Source of the DNA: Candidatus Pelagibacter ubique HTCC1062
GTDB taxonomy: Bacteria > Pseudomonadota > Alphaproteobacteria > Pelagibacterales > Pelagibacteraceae
Reading direction: 5' to 3'
NCBI RefSeq assembly: GCF_000012345.1
Contig: NC_007205.1
Span: forward strand, 1,276,760 to 1,308,759
Length of the DNA stretch: 32,000 nucleotides
Part shown: piece after piece, positions 1-7,527 of the stretch
Layout of the letters: each line of letters opens with the position of its first letter
Position numbering within the stretch: position 1 is the first letter of the stretch
The notes under the pieces: model-generated
What the model saw: only the letters and a program-made list of their open reading frames with translations
What the model was told of the DNA's origin: nothing
The model's database searches: none
Translations under genes and position numbers: made by a program

Positions 1-396
1 CGATACTTTGTTAATGTTAAAAGCTTTTAAAGCCTTAATAGCAGATGTAATTGGGGTGGTAACTTTTGCTTCAGGCTTGGCTAACTTCACATTTTTTTCA
101 ATCACATCATAACCTGCTGCAATTGTTCCTGATGTACATCCATAAGCAACACAATCTATTTTTTGATCTGGTAAAATATCTTTAGTGACATCGGTAATAT
201 CATCTGCCATTTTAGCTAACGTTTCGTTGGTCAAGGGATTGTAACAATGTATTCGATTAACATACAGATCTACATCTCTTCCATAGATCACATTATTAAA
301 ATCCTTTTCAATTCTAAAATCGCTACCAAGCGTTATAAGACCAATTCTTGGGTTCGATTTTGAAATATATTTTGGCTCAACCTTGTTTAATTTCAT
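1..396 (-). CDS. Asp/Glu/hydantoin racemase superfamily protein (maleate isomerase / arylmalonate decarboxylase / EutA-like). Only the N-terminal 132 codons are present; the rest lies off the window.
   Basis: Not in the ORF track because it runs off the left edge. Manual translation of the reverse complement from ATG at 396-394 gives MKLNKVEPKYISKSNPRIGLITLGSDFRIEKDFNNVIYGRDVDLYVNRIHCYNPLTNETLAKMADDITDVTKDILPDQKIDCVAYGCTSGTIAAGYDVIEKNVKLAKPEAKVTTPITSAIKALKAFNINKVS. The frame stays open to position 1. The RIGLITL..D start and the YGCTSGT cysteine block are typical of this fold family (recalled, not searched). Confidence 0.6.
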   Translation of the reverse strand, partial: MKLNKVEPKYISKSNPRIGLITLGSDFRIEKDFNNVIYGRDVDLYVNRIHCYNPLTNETLAKMADDITDVTKDILPDQKIDCVAYGCTSGTIAAGYDVIEKNVKLAKPEAKVTTPITSAIKALKAFNINKVS

Positions 397-428
397 AAAT
401 TACCTGTAATATTTGGATTAAATATATA

Positions 429-457
429 TTGAATAAGGAGTCTAGTTAAAATAAAGT
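429..457 (+). promoter_or_regulatory. Candidate sigma70-type promoter for the 564-5448 operon (TTGAAT-17 nt-TAAAGT)
   Basis: TTGAAT lies at 429-434 and TAAAGT at 452-457 with a 17-nt spacer. This would give a leader of about 100 nt before ATG 564. Such hexamers occur by chance in AT-rich DNA. Confidence 0.25.
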
Positions 458-563
458 TTAACAAAAGCGTACATAACTCGTCGTTACCTAAGGTTTAAAC
501 GGTACTAAAGAATACGAAAGTGGGATCAGTCGTCTTTAAATTTAACTATTTAAGGGGGTTTGA

Positions 564-1730
564 ATGAAATTTGGATATTTTTGTAACACTACTAATTGGA
601 ATCATAAACCATACAATCAACTATTAAAAGAAACCCAAGAGATCACTATTTACTGTGATGAAAATAATTGGGACTCTATTTGGTATACCGAACATCACTT
701 TAATCATGAAGGAATGGAATCTTGTACAAATCCTTTAATGATGGGTGTGGATGCGGCCGCCAGAACAAAACAAATAAGAATAGGTCAAGCTTGTAATGTA
801 ATTACATTTCATAATCCTATCCGTCTAGCTGAAGACATTGCGTTGCTAGATCAATTGTCTGGAGGAAGAGTTGATGTTGGTATTGGAAGAGGAATTTACG
901 GAAGAGAAGCTATCAATATGAATAAAGAAGCTGACTTAAAAGATCAGGCAAAAAATTTTAGGTTGTTTGATGAGTCATTAACCATAATGAAAAAAGCTTG
1001 GACAGAAGAATTTTTTAGTCACCAGGGTGAGTTTTACACTTATCCATCACCAAATTTTACTTGGCAACATGACATGAGTCCACCTAGTGAAAAGTTTTTA
1101 GATACAAAAACAAATGAAATTAAAAAAATTAGCGTTGTACCAAAACCAAAACAAGAGCCACATCCGCCAATATGGCAAGTTGTGGATGGTGCACGTTCAA
1201 TTGAATGGGCGGCACAGAATGGCTTAAATACAATAATGTGGATACCTACAGTTAAAGCATTAAAGAAAAGGTTTGAAATTTATAGAGATGCAAAATCAAA
1301 AACTGAAAATAGAGAAGTGCCGCTTGGAGAAGGTATATCTTTAGTTAGAGATATGTTTGTTGCTGAAACTATGGAAGAAGCTGAAAAAATGGCTGGTGAG
1401 CATATTATCAATTATATGAAATGGGTTTGTCATTGGAGAGGTTTGGGTAATCATATGGATCCAGGAGAAGAACTACCAGAAACAAAACATAAATTAGACT
1501 TACTTAATTATGATTTTTTACATAAAAGAAATTTATTATTTGGAACACCAGAATATGTTGTTAATAAAATAAATGAATTAAAATCAGAATTAAATTTACA
1601 AAATCTTCAAGTTTGGTCTAATTTTCCTGGAATAGATCATGAGGCTTGCATGAGAAGTATAAAACTGTTTAATGATGAGGTTATACCAAAGATTAATTTA
1701 GACAATTCAAGTATCGAAAAGGCAAGTTAA
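564..1730 (+). CDS. Luciferase-like (LLM class) FMN-dependent monooxygenase/oxidoreductase
   Basis: 388-aa ORF. A strong SD (AAGGGGG at 552-558) precedes the ATG. WYTEHHF and FHNPIRLAEDIALLDQLSGGRVDVGIGRG resemble the LuxA/LLM signature blocks (recalled). Confidence 0.88.
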   Translation: MKFGYFCNTTNWNHKPYNQLLKETQEITIYCDENNWDSIWYTEHHFNHEGMESCTNPLMMGVDAAARTKQIRIGQACNVITFHNPIRLAEDIALLDQLSGGRVDVGIGRGIYGREAINMNKEADLKDQAKNFRLFDESLTIMKKAWTEEFFSHQGEFYTYPSPNFTWQHDMSPPSEKFLDTKTNEIKKISVVPKPKQEPHPPIWQVVDGARSIEWAAQNGLNTIMWIPTVKALKKRFEIYRDAKSKTENREVPLGEGISLVRDMFVAETMEEAEKMAGEHIINYMKWVCHWRGLGNHMDPGEELPETKHKLDLLNYDFLHKRNLLFGTPEYVVNKINELKSELNLQNLQVWSNFPGIDHEACMRSIKLFNDEVIPKINLDNSSIEKAS

Positions 1731-2317
1731 TGAAATTAGAGCTTAGAAAGTTTACAAAATTTGTAGATAAAACTTTTATCGAAGGTGGTAAGGAAGCTAA
1801 AGAGCCTGTTTTGATGGTTTCTGTTGCAGCTGTATTTAAAAATCCATGGCATGGAAAAGGCTTTGTTGAAGATTTAAAACCAATTATTTTAGATTTAGCA
1901 CCTAAATTAGGTGATATTTTAGTTCCAGAGTTAATAAAGGAGATTGGATCACCTGAAAAAATTTTGGCGTATGGAAAAGCTGGTACGGTCGGACTTGATG
2001 GTGAAATTGAGCATGCCTCAGCATTTATTCACACTTTAAGATTTGGAAATAAATTTAGAGATGCGGTTGGGGGAACATCTTATTTAAGCTTTACCAATAC
2101 CAGAGGTCCAGCTGGATCCAAAATGTCTATTCCAATGATGCATAAAACAGATTCAGGTCTAAGGCCTTATTATTTAACTCATGAATTTACGATTCATGAT
2201 GCTCCTTTTGATGATGAAATTGTTATAGCAATTGGTGGAGCCTCCACAGGTAGAGCTCATGCTAGAACGGGTGATCGTTATCAAGACATGAAAGAAATGG
2301 GAATAGATCCCAAATAA
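1730..2317 (+). CDS. DUF1185 / 'amino acid synthesis' family protein (PF06684-like), function unknown
   Basis: 195-aa ORF. Its start overlaps the upstream stop (TAATG). Blocks AAVFKNPWHGKGFVEDL, YGKAGTVGLDGEIEHASAFIH, HKTDSG and DEIVIAIGGASTGRAHAR match my recollection of this family. Confidence 0.75.
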   Translation: MKLELRKFTKFVDKTFIEGGKEAKEPVLMVSVAAVFKNPWHGKGFVEDLKPIILDLAPKLGDILVPELIKEIGSPEKILAYGKAGTVGLDGEIEHASAFIHTLRFGNKFRDAVGGTSYLSFTNTRGPAGSKMSIPMMHKTDSGLRPYYLTHEFTIHDAPFDDEIVIAIGGASTGRAHARTGDRYQDMKEMGIDPK

Positions 2318-2321
2318 ATTA

Positions 2322-3104
2322 ATGTTTCAAAATTTTGATCCAAATCAAAATTATTATTCATTTAATGATAAAAATACAGTTCCTGTAGTTTTTATTCATG
2401 GTGTCGGACTTGATCAGCGGATGTGGGAACCTCAAATTGAAGCTTTCAAAGAATATTCATTAATTACATATGATTTATTAGGGCATGGAAAAACTATTCT
2501 CAATAAAGAAGATGTAACATTAAATGATTTTTCAAACCAACTAAAATCGATATTAGAATATTTAAAAGTGGATAAGATTAATCTTGTTGGTTTTTCTTTA
2601 GGTTCTTTAATTGCACTAAATTTTGCCTCTAAATTTCAAGACAAACTAAACAGCCTTGTTGTAATGGGTACAACATATAAAAGAACTTCAGAACAAAGGT
2701 CTTTGGTTATAGAAAGATTTGAACAGGCTAAATTAAACAAACCTATTTCAAAACAAGCCCTAAAAAGATGGTTTACCAATCAATACTTAAATGACCATCC
2801 AGAAACTTATAATCAATTTATAAAAATTTTGACAAAAAATAAAAAAGATCATTTAAATTTTTTAAAAGCTTACAAATTATTTGCTTATCATGAGGACAAT
2901 ACAGATATAATTAAAAATATTAAAACTAGGACTCTTGTGATGACAGGTTCAAATGATTCAGGATCTACTGTCGAGATGTCAAAATCTTTATGTGAAGATT
3001 TAATAAACTCAAGTTTTATTGAGATAAATAATGGAAAACATCTTTGTAGTATAGAGTGTGCAGATGATGTTAATATCAATCTTAAAAATTTTATTAATAG
3101 ATAA
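2322..3104 (+). CDS. Alpha/beta-fold hydrolase (3-oxoadipate enol-lactonase / RutD-like subgroup)
   Basis: 260-aa ORF. It has the oxyanion HG motif (FIHGVG), the nucleophile elbow GFSLGS and a C-terminal GKH(L) histidine. It starts 4 nt after the upstream gene. Confidence 0.85.
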   Translation: MFQNFDPNQNYYSFNDKNTVPVVFIHGVGLDQRMWEPQIEAFKEYSLITYDLLGHGKTILNKEDVTLNDFSNQLKSILEYLKVDKINLVGFSLGSLIALNFASKFQDKLNSLVVMGTTYKRTSEQRSLVIERFEQAKLNKPISKQALKRWFTNQYLNDHPETYNQFIKILTKNKKDHLNFLKAYKLFAYHEDNTDIIKNIKTRTLVMTGSNDSGSTVEMSKSLCEDLINSSFIEINNGKHLCSIECADDVNINLKNFINR

Positions 3105-4586
3105 ATGACAAAAATTCAAAACTTTAAAATGTATATAAATGGACTGTGGGTTAATTCAGAGTCTGGAAAAACAATAGAAACTGTAAACCCAGAAAACAAC
3201 GAAGTTTGGGCAACTGTTCCTGAAGCTAACGAGAAGGATGTAGATAAAGCAGTTAAGGCCGCACAAAATGCTTTTGAAAAATCTTGGTCAAATTTACACC
3301 CAAGAGAAAGAGCTAAATACTTAAGGTCTCTTGCAGATCAATTAAGACAAAATGCTGAACATCTTGGAACTATAGAAACAATTGATACAGGAAAAATTTT
3401 TAGAGAAACAAAAACACAAGCTAACTATATTGCTGAGTATTACGATTATTTTGCAGGACTAGCCGATAAAGTTGAAGGAACAGTTGTGCCAATTGATAAG
3501 CCAGACATGCAAGTAACAACTACTAGAATACCTATTGGTGTTGTTGCTGCGATAATTCCTTGGAACTCCCAAATGTTATTAACTGCAGTAAAATTAGCAC
3601 CCGCATTAGCAATGGGTAATACAGTTGTAATAAAAGCTTCTGAACTAGCGCCTGTAACATTATTAGAATTTGCAAAACTAGTTGAAAAATCAGGTATACC
3701 TAAAGGTGTTGTAAATATAATTACTGGTCTAGGTGAGCCTTGTGGTAAAGCTCTAACTACACATGACCTTGTAGAAAGAATTGCTTTTACAGGTGGTCCT
3801 GAAACCGCAAAACATATTGTTAAAAATTCAGCAGAAAATTTATCGCAAGTAAGCTTAGAACTTGGTGGAAAAAGTCCTGTTGTCGTATTCGATGATGCCG
3901 AGCAAGAGAACGCACTAAATGGAATTACTGCTGGTATCTTTGGTGCAAGTGGTCAAAGCTGTATTGCAGGATCACGACTTTACATCCAATCTAAAATTTA
4001 TGATGACTTCTTAAATAAGCTAATAGCCAAGGCTGAAAAAATAAAATTAGGAGCTCCTATGGATAATGAAACTCAAATGGGACCTTTAAATAGTTATAAA
4101 CAACTAGAAAATATAGAAAAAAATATCAAAGCTACAATTGAGCAAGGTGGAAAAATTAGATGCGGTGGAAAAAGGTCCAATATATCTAGTAAAGCTTATT
4201 ATTTTCCAGCTACAATTATTGAGTGTGAAAATCATAATTTGCCTACAGCAGAGAATGAATTATTTGGTCCAGTTTTATCTGTTATGAAATTTGAAACAGA
4301 AGAGGATGTGATTAAATTAATGAATGATAATAAATATGGCTTATCTTCTGGAGTTTATACCTCAAACTTCGGAAGAGGTTTGAGAGTATCAAAAGCAATT
4401 AGAGCTGGAATTACTTTTGTAAATACTTATAGGTTAATTTCACCCATGGCCCCGTTTGGAGGAATTAAAGATAGTGGATATGGAAAAGAAGCAGGAATTG
4501 AGTCAATTAAAGAATACACAAGAATAAAAACCACATGGTTAAATTCATCGGATAAACCAATGACTGATCCATTTACAATGGGTTAA
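3105..4586 (+). CDS. NAD(P)+-dependent aldehyde dehydrogenase
   Basis: 493-aa ORF abutting the upstream stop (TAAATG). It carries the catalytic Glu block LELGGKSP, the catalytic Cys block GQSCIAGSR and an IPWNSQ block. Confidence 0.93.
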   Translation: MTKIQNFKMYINGLWVNSESGKTIETVNPENNEVWATVPEANEKDVDKAVKAAQNAFEKSWSNLHPRERAKYLRSLADQLRQNAEHLGTIETIDTGKIFRETKTQANYIAEYYDYFAGLADKVEGTVVPIDKPDMQVTTTRIPIGVVAAIIPWNSQMLLTAVKLAPALAMGNTVVIKASELAPVTLLEFAKLVEKSGIPKGVVNIITGLGEPCGKALTTHDLVERIAFTGGPETAKHIVKNSAENLSQVSLELGGKSPVVVFDDAEQENALNGITAGIFGASGQSCIAGSRLYIQSKIYDDFLNKLIAKAEKIKLGAPMDNETQMGPLNSYKQLENIEKNIKATIEQGGKIRCGGKRSNISSKAYYFPATIIECENHNLPTAENELFGPVLSVMKFETEEDVIKLMNDNKYGLSSGVYTSNFGRGLRVSKAIRAGITFVNTYRLISPMAPFGGIKDSGYGKEAGIESIKEYTRIKTTWLNSSDKPMTDPFTMG

Positions 4587-4590
4587 TTTT

Positions 4591-5448
4591 TTGACTGTCA
4601 GACATTATTTTTTAGTTTTATTTATCATGTTTCTTTTTGGTAGTTCTTATCCAATTAATAAACTTGCATTAAACACATCCCTCACCCCTGTATTGGCAGC
4701 CTCATTGAGAATGTTTATACTTTTTGTTTGTCTTGTTCCTTTTTGTAAATTTAAAATCCCAAACAAAAAATACTATCTGCCTTTAGCAGGTTTTTCTTTT
4801 TCAATGGGCTTTGGTGTTTTTATTTTTTTAAATTTATCTCTGCAAAAAGCAACTATGGTTGCTCCTATAATTATTGGAGCTCAACTAGCAATACCCTTTG
4901 CAATTCTGGCAAGCTCTTTATTTTTAGGTGAAAAGGTAACTCCTAAAATGTGGGTATTAATATTTATTTCTTTTTTTGGAATTTTTTTAATTGGTTATGA
5001 TCCAAATTTAAAAAGTGAAATTTTTGCAATTTTTCTTTGTGCAATTTCTGCTTTTTTCTATGGTGTTGCGAATGTGTTTTCTAGATATATTAAAGATATA
5101 GATGTTAAATTAACCAACACAGTTATGGGCTTTACTGGTTTTATACTGCTTTTTCTTTTTTCCATTTTTTTTGAAGGAAACACAGTTTATCAATTACTAA
5201 ATATTGATTTTTATACTTGGCTTTTATTACTCCATAATGGGGTGATGGTTTCTGTAATTGCACACACTTCATTATTTTATTTATATAAATTTTATTCAGT
5301 AAATAAAATTATGCCCTTTTATTCTTTATTTCCAGTATTTGGCCTAATCCTAACGTTCTTTATATTCGGAGAAATCCCAACTCTACTTAGTGCGATTGGT
5401 GGTTTAATTATAATATTTTCTGTATATAGGCTTCAAAAAATTAGATAA
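4591..5448 (+). CDS. EamA/DMT-superfamily membrane transporter
   Basis: 285-aa highly hydrophobic ORF with about 10 predicted TM segments and two EamA-like halves. The start is TTG at 4591, and an in-frame ATG lies at 4627. The first TM segment begins before that ATG, so the TTG is kept. Confidence 0.8.
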   Translation: MTVRHYFLVLFIMFLFGSSYPINKLALNTSLTPVLAASLRMFILFVCLVPFCKFKIPNKKYYLPLAGFSFSMGFGVFIFLNLSLQKATMVAPIIIGAQLAIPFAILASSLFLGEKVTPKMWVLIFISFFGIFLIGYDPNLKSEIFAIFLCAISAFFYGVANVFSRYIKDIDVKLTNTVMGFTGFILLFLFSIFFEGNTVYQLLNIDFYTWLLLLHNGVMVSVIAHTSLFYLYKFYSVNKIMPFYSLFPVFGLILTFFIFGEIPTLLSAIGGLIIIFSVYRLQKIR

Positions 5449-5497
5449 TTCTCCTATTGAAAATTCGTTTAAATAGTCTTTAATTTGATTTTTATAA

Positions 5498-5509
5498 ATT
5501 GTTAACAAT
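5498..5509. promoter_or_regulatory. Perfect 12-bp palindrome ATTGTTAACAAT just upstream of the RBS of the binding-protein gene (candidate operator)
   Basis: Read directly at 5498-5509. It is followed by AAAGAGGAAA (RBS) and ATG 5524. No cognate regulator is present in the window. Confidence 0.3.
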
Positions 5510-5523
5510 CAAAGAGGAAAATA

Positions 5524-6708
5524 ATGAAAAAACTATTTATTGCTGCTTTTATATTCGTTTCTACTTTTACAACGAATACATTCGCAGAAGTTAAAATGGG
5601 AATCATTTTAGGATTTACTGGTCCTATTGAATCTCTAACACCAGCTATGGCTGCATCTGCAGAGCTTGCATTTAAAGAAGCTTCTGACTCAGGTTCACTA
5701 TTAGGTGGAGAAACTATTTCAGTAGTAAGAGCAGATTCAACTTGTGTTGATTCAGCAGCAGCAACAGCAGCAGCAGAAGGTGTTATTGCACAAGGTGTTG
5801 CAGCAATTATGGGTGCTGACTGTTCAGGTGTAACTGGTGCTATTGCATCTAATGTTGCTGTACCAAATGGTGTAGTAATGATTTCACCTTCAGCAACTTC
5901 TCCAGGACTTACAGCTTTAGATGATAAAGGCTTCTTTTTTAGAACAGCCCCATCTGATGCTAGAGGTGGTCAGATTTTAGCTGATATTACTAAAGACAGA
6001 AAAATCAAAAGTGTAGCAATTACTTACACTAACAATGACTATGGAAAAGGTTTGGCTGATGTTTATGAAGCAGCTGTAAAAGCTCATGGTATTAAAGTAA
6101 CAACTGTATCTGCTCACGAAGATGGTAAAGCAGATTACTCATCTGAAGTAGCAACTTTAGCTTCAGCAGGTGGTGATGCCGTAGCAGTAATTGGTTACCT
6201 AGACCAAGGTGGAAAAGGAATTATTCAAGGTTCTTTAGACTCTGGTGCATTTGATAAATTTATTTTATCTGATGGTATGATCGGTGACTCATTAACTGAA
6301 GCTTTTGGAAAAGATTTAAATAAATCTTTTGGTTCAATTCCTGGTTCAATGAATAAAAAAACAGCAGGTACTTTTGCCTCTGTTGCTAAAGCAGCGGGTA
6401 TCGACTCATCTGGACCTTACACTGGTGAATCTTATGATGCAGCAGCTTTAATCGTTCTTGCGATGCAAGCAGGTGGATCAGCAGATAGAGCTTCTATTGC
6501 AAAAAATGTAATGGATGTTGCTAATGCCCCTGGTACTAAGATTTACCCAGGTGAACTTAAAAAAGGTTTAGACTTACTAGCTAAAGGTAAAAAAGTTGAC
6601 TACGAAGGTGCAACTGGTGTTACTTTTACTAACGTAGGTGAAGCTGAAGGTTCTTTCCTAGAAAAAGAAATCAAAGGTGGAAAATTCAAAAATAAAAAAC
6701 AAAGATAA
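5524..6708 (+). CDS. Periplasmic substrate-binding protein, Leu/Ile/Val-binding (type I PBP, HAAT family), secreted
   Basis: 394-aa ORF with signal peptide MKKLFIAAFIFVSTFTTNTFA/EV. The mature part is Ala/Gly-rich with blocks typical of LivJ/K-like receptors (GFTGPI, FFFRTAPSD, YTNNDYGKG). It has its own RBS and terminator. Confidence 0.88.
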   Translation: MKKLFIAAFIFVSTFTTNTFAEVKMGIILGFTGPIESLTPAMAASAELAFKEASDSGSLLGGETISVVRADSTCVDSAAATAAAEGVIAQGVAAIMGADCSGVTGAIASNVAVPNGVVMISPSATSPGLTALDDKGFFFRTAPSDARGGQILADITKDRKIKSVAITYTNNDYGKGLADVYEAAVKAHGIKVTTVSAHEDGKADYSSEVATLASAGGDAVAVIGYLDQGGKGIIQGSLDSGAFDKFILSDGMIGDSLTEAFGKDLNKSFGSIPGSMNKKTAGTFASVAKAAGIDSSGPYTGESYDAAALIVLAMQAGGSADRASIAKNVMDVANAPGTKIYPGELKKGLDLLAKGKKVDYEGATGVTFTNVGEAEGSFLEKEIKGGKFKNKKQR

Positions 6709-6728
6709 TTAAAATCTTAATTTTAAAA

Positions 6729-6762
6729 CCCTCAGCAGTGAAAATTGCTGGGGGTTTTTTTT
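6729..6762 (+). terminator. Rho-independent terminator, possibly bidirectional between convergent genes
   Basis: Stem CCCTCAGCA (6729-6737) pairs with TGCTGGGGG (6746-6754) over 9 bp including one G-U. The loop is 8 nt and is followed by T8 (6755-6762). Confidence 0.8.
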
Positions 6763-6764
6763 AT

Positions 6765-7526
6765 TTAAAAATTACTAATAATCCTAAAAAAACCAAATAT
6801 CGAAATTAATATAAGAAAATAAAAAACAACTTTTCTATAAGTTTCCTCTTTGCTTTTAACAAAAAATTTATCACCAATATAAACACCTATTGGTAAAATA
6901 ATAATCAGTGGAATAGTTCTATAAATAGTTGTCAGATCTACAATTCCTGCAAAAAAACTAAGAATAAATGCATAAATATCTGTTAAAAAGAATAAGGCTG
7001 CTAATGAACCTCTAATTACTGCTGGTTGAATACTTGTAACTAATAAAAAAAGTGCCACAGGCATTCCACCTAATGTGGTTAATCCATTTAATGTTCCAGA
7101 GACTATTCCAGTAATAAGCTTTCCATAATTATTATTAATTTTTTTATTCTCATATCCTTTCATTAATAAAAATGAAAAAAATATAACTAATGCGCAAACT
7201 GACAGGTGTGTTGTATCTGGAGATAAATACTTCAATAAATAAAGCCCAATAGGTGACCCAATGATTATTCCTATCAATAATTTTAAAACAAAATTCCAGT
7301 CTATTTTGTTCCATATATATGGAACCATAAAAATACTAATAATAACCTCAAGTATTAGAATAATTGGGACTATCTCTATTGCTGGAAGAATAAAAGAAAA
7401 GCCAGAAATACATATTGCAGAAAAGCCAAAGCCATTAAAACCTCTTATAATAGATGCAATAAATACGGTAAATATTACAAAATAGATTTCAATTAAACTC
7501 AGTTGAAGATTAGATAAAAAATCCAC
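6765..7526 (-). CDS. TauE/SafE (TSUP, DUF81) family anion/sulfite-type exporter
   Basis: 253-aa polytopic membrane ORF with internal duplication-like halves and Gly-rich TM segments (RGFNGFGFS, GTLNGLTTLGGMP). The start is GTG, 1 nt after the upstream MFS stop. Confidence 0.72.
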   Translation of the reverse strand: MDFLSNLQLSLIEIYFVIFTVFIASIIRGFNGFGFSAICISGFSFILPAIEIVPIILILEVIISIFMVPYIWNKIDWNFVLKLLIGIIIGSPIGLYLLKYLSPDTTHLSVCALVIFFSFLLMKGYENKKINNNYGKLITGIVSGTLNGLTTLGGMPVALFLLVTSIQPAVIRGSLAALFFLTDIYAFILSFFAGIVDLTTIYRTIPLIIILPIGVYIGDKFFVKSKEETYRKVVFYFLILISIFGFFRIISNF

Positions 7527-7527
7527 T

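Noticed and set aside
470-540. Possible guanidine-II (mini-ykkC) type riboswitch, because of two ACGR tetranucleotides (AACGGT, TACGAA) in the leader
   Set aside because: The ACGR motifs are not presented as tetraloops closed by stable G-C stems, and the flanking bases do not pair convincingly.
2888-3079. 63-aa minus-strand ORF
   Set aside because: Antisense shadow inside the alpha/beta hydrolase gene.
564-3104. Rut (pyrimidine utilisation) pathway, suggested by LLM monooxygenase plus alpha/beta hydrolase (RutA/RutD-like)
   Set aside because: The LLM sequence resembles the LuxA-type TEHHF subgroup rather than my recollection of RutA, and rutB, rutC, rutE and rutF equivalents are absent.
5524-6708. 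Visibly higher G+C in the binding-protein gene (and in 18917-20158), considered as a sign of horizontal transfer
   Set aside because: The shift follows from Ala/Gly/Val-rich amino-acid usage typical of abundant periplasmic receptors. Codon third positions remain A/T-biased and the flanks show no mobility signatures.
7261-7485. 74-aa plus-strand ORF
   Set aside because: Antisense shadow inside the TauE/TSUP gene.
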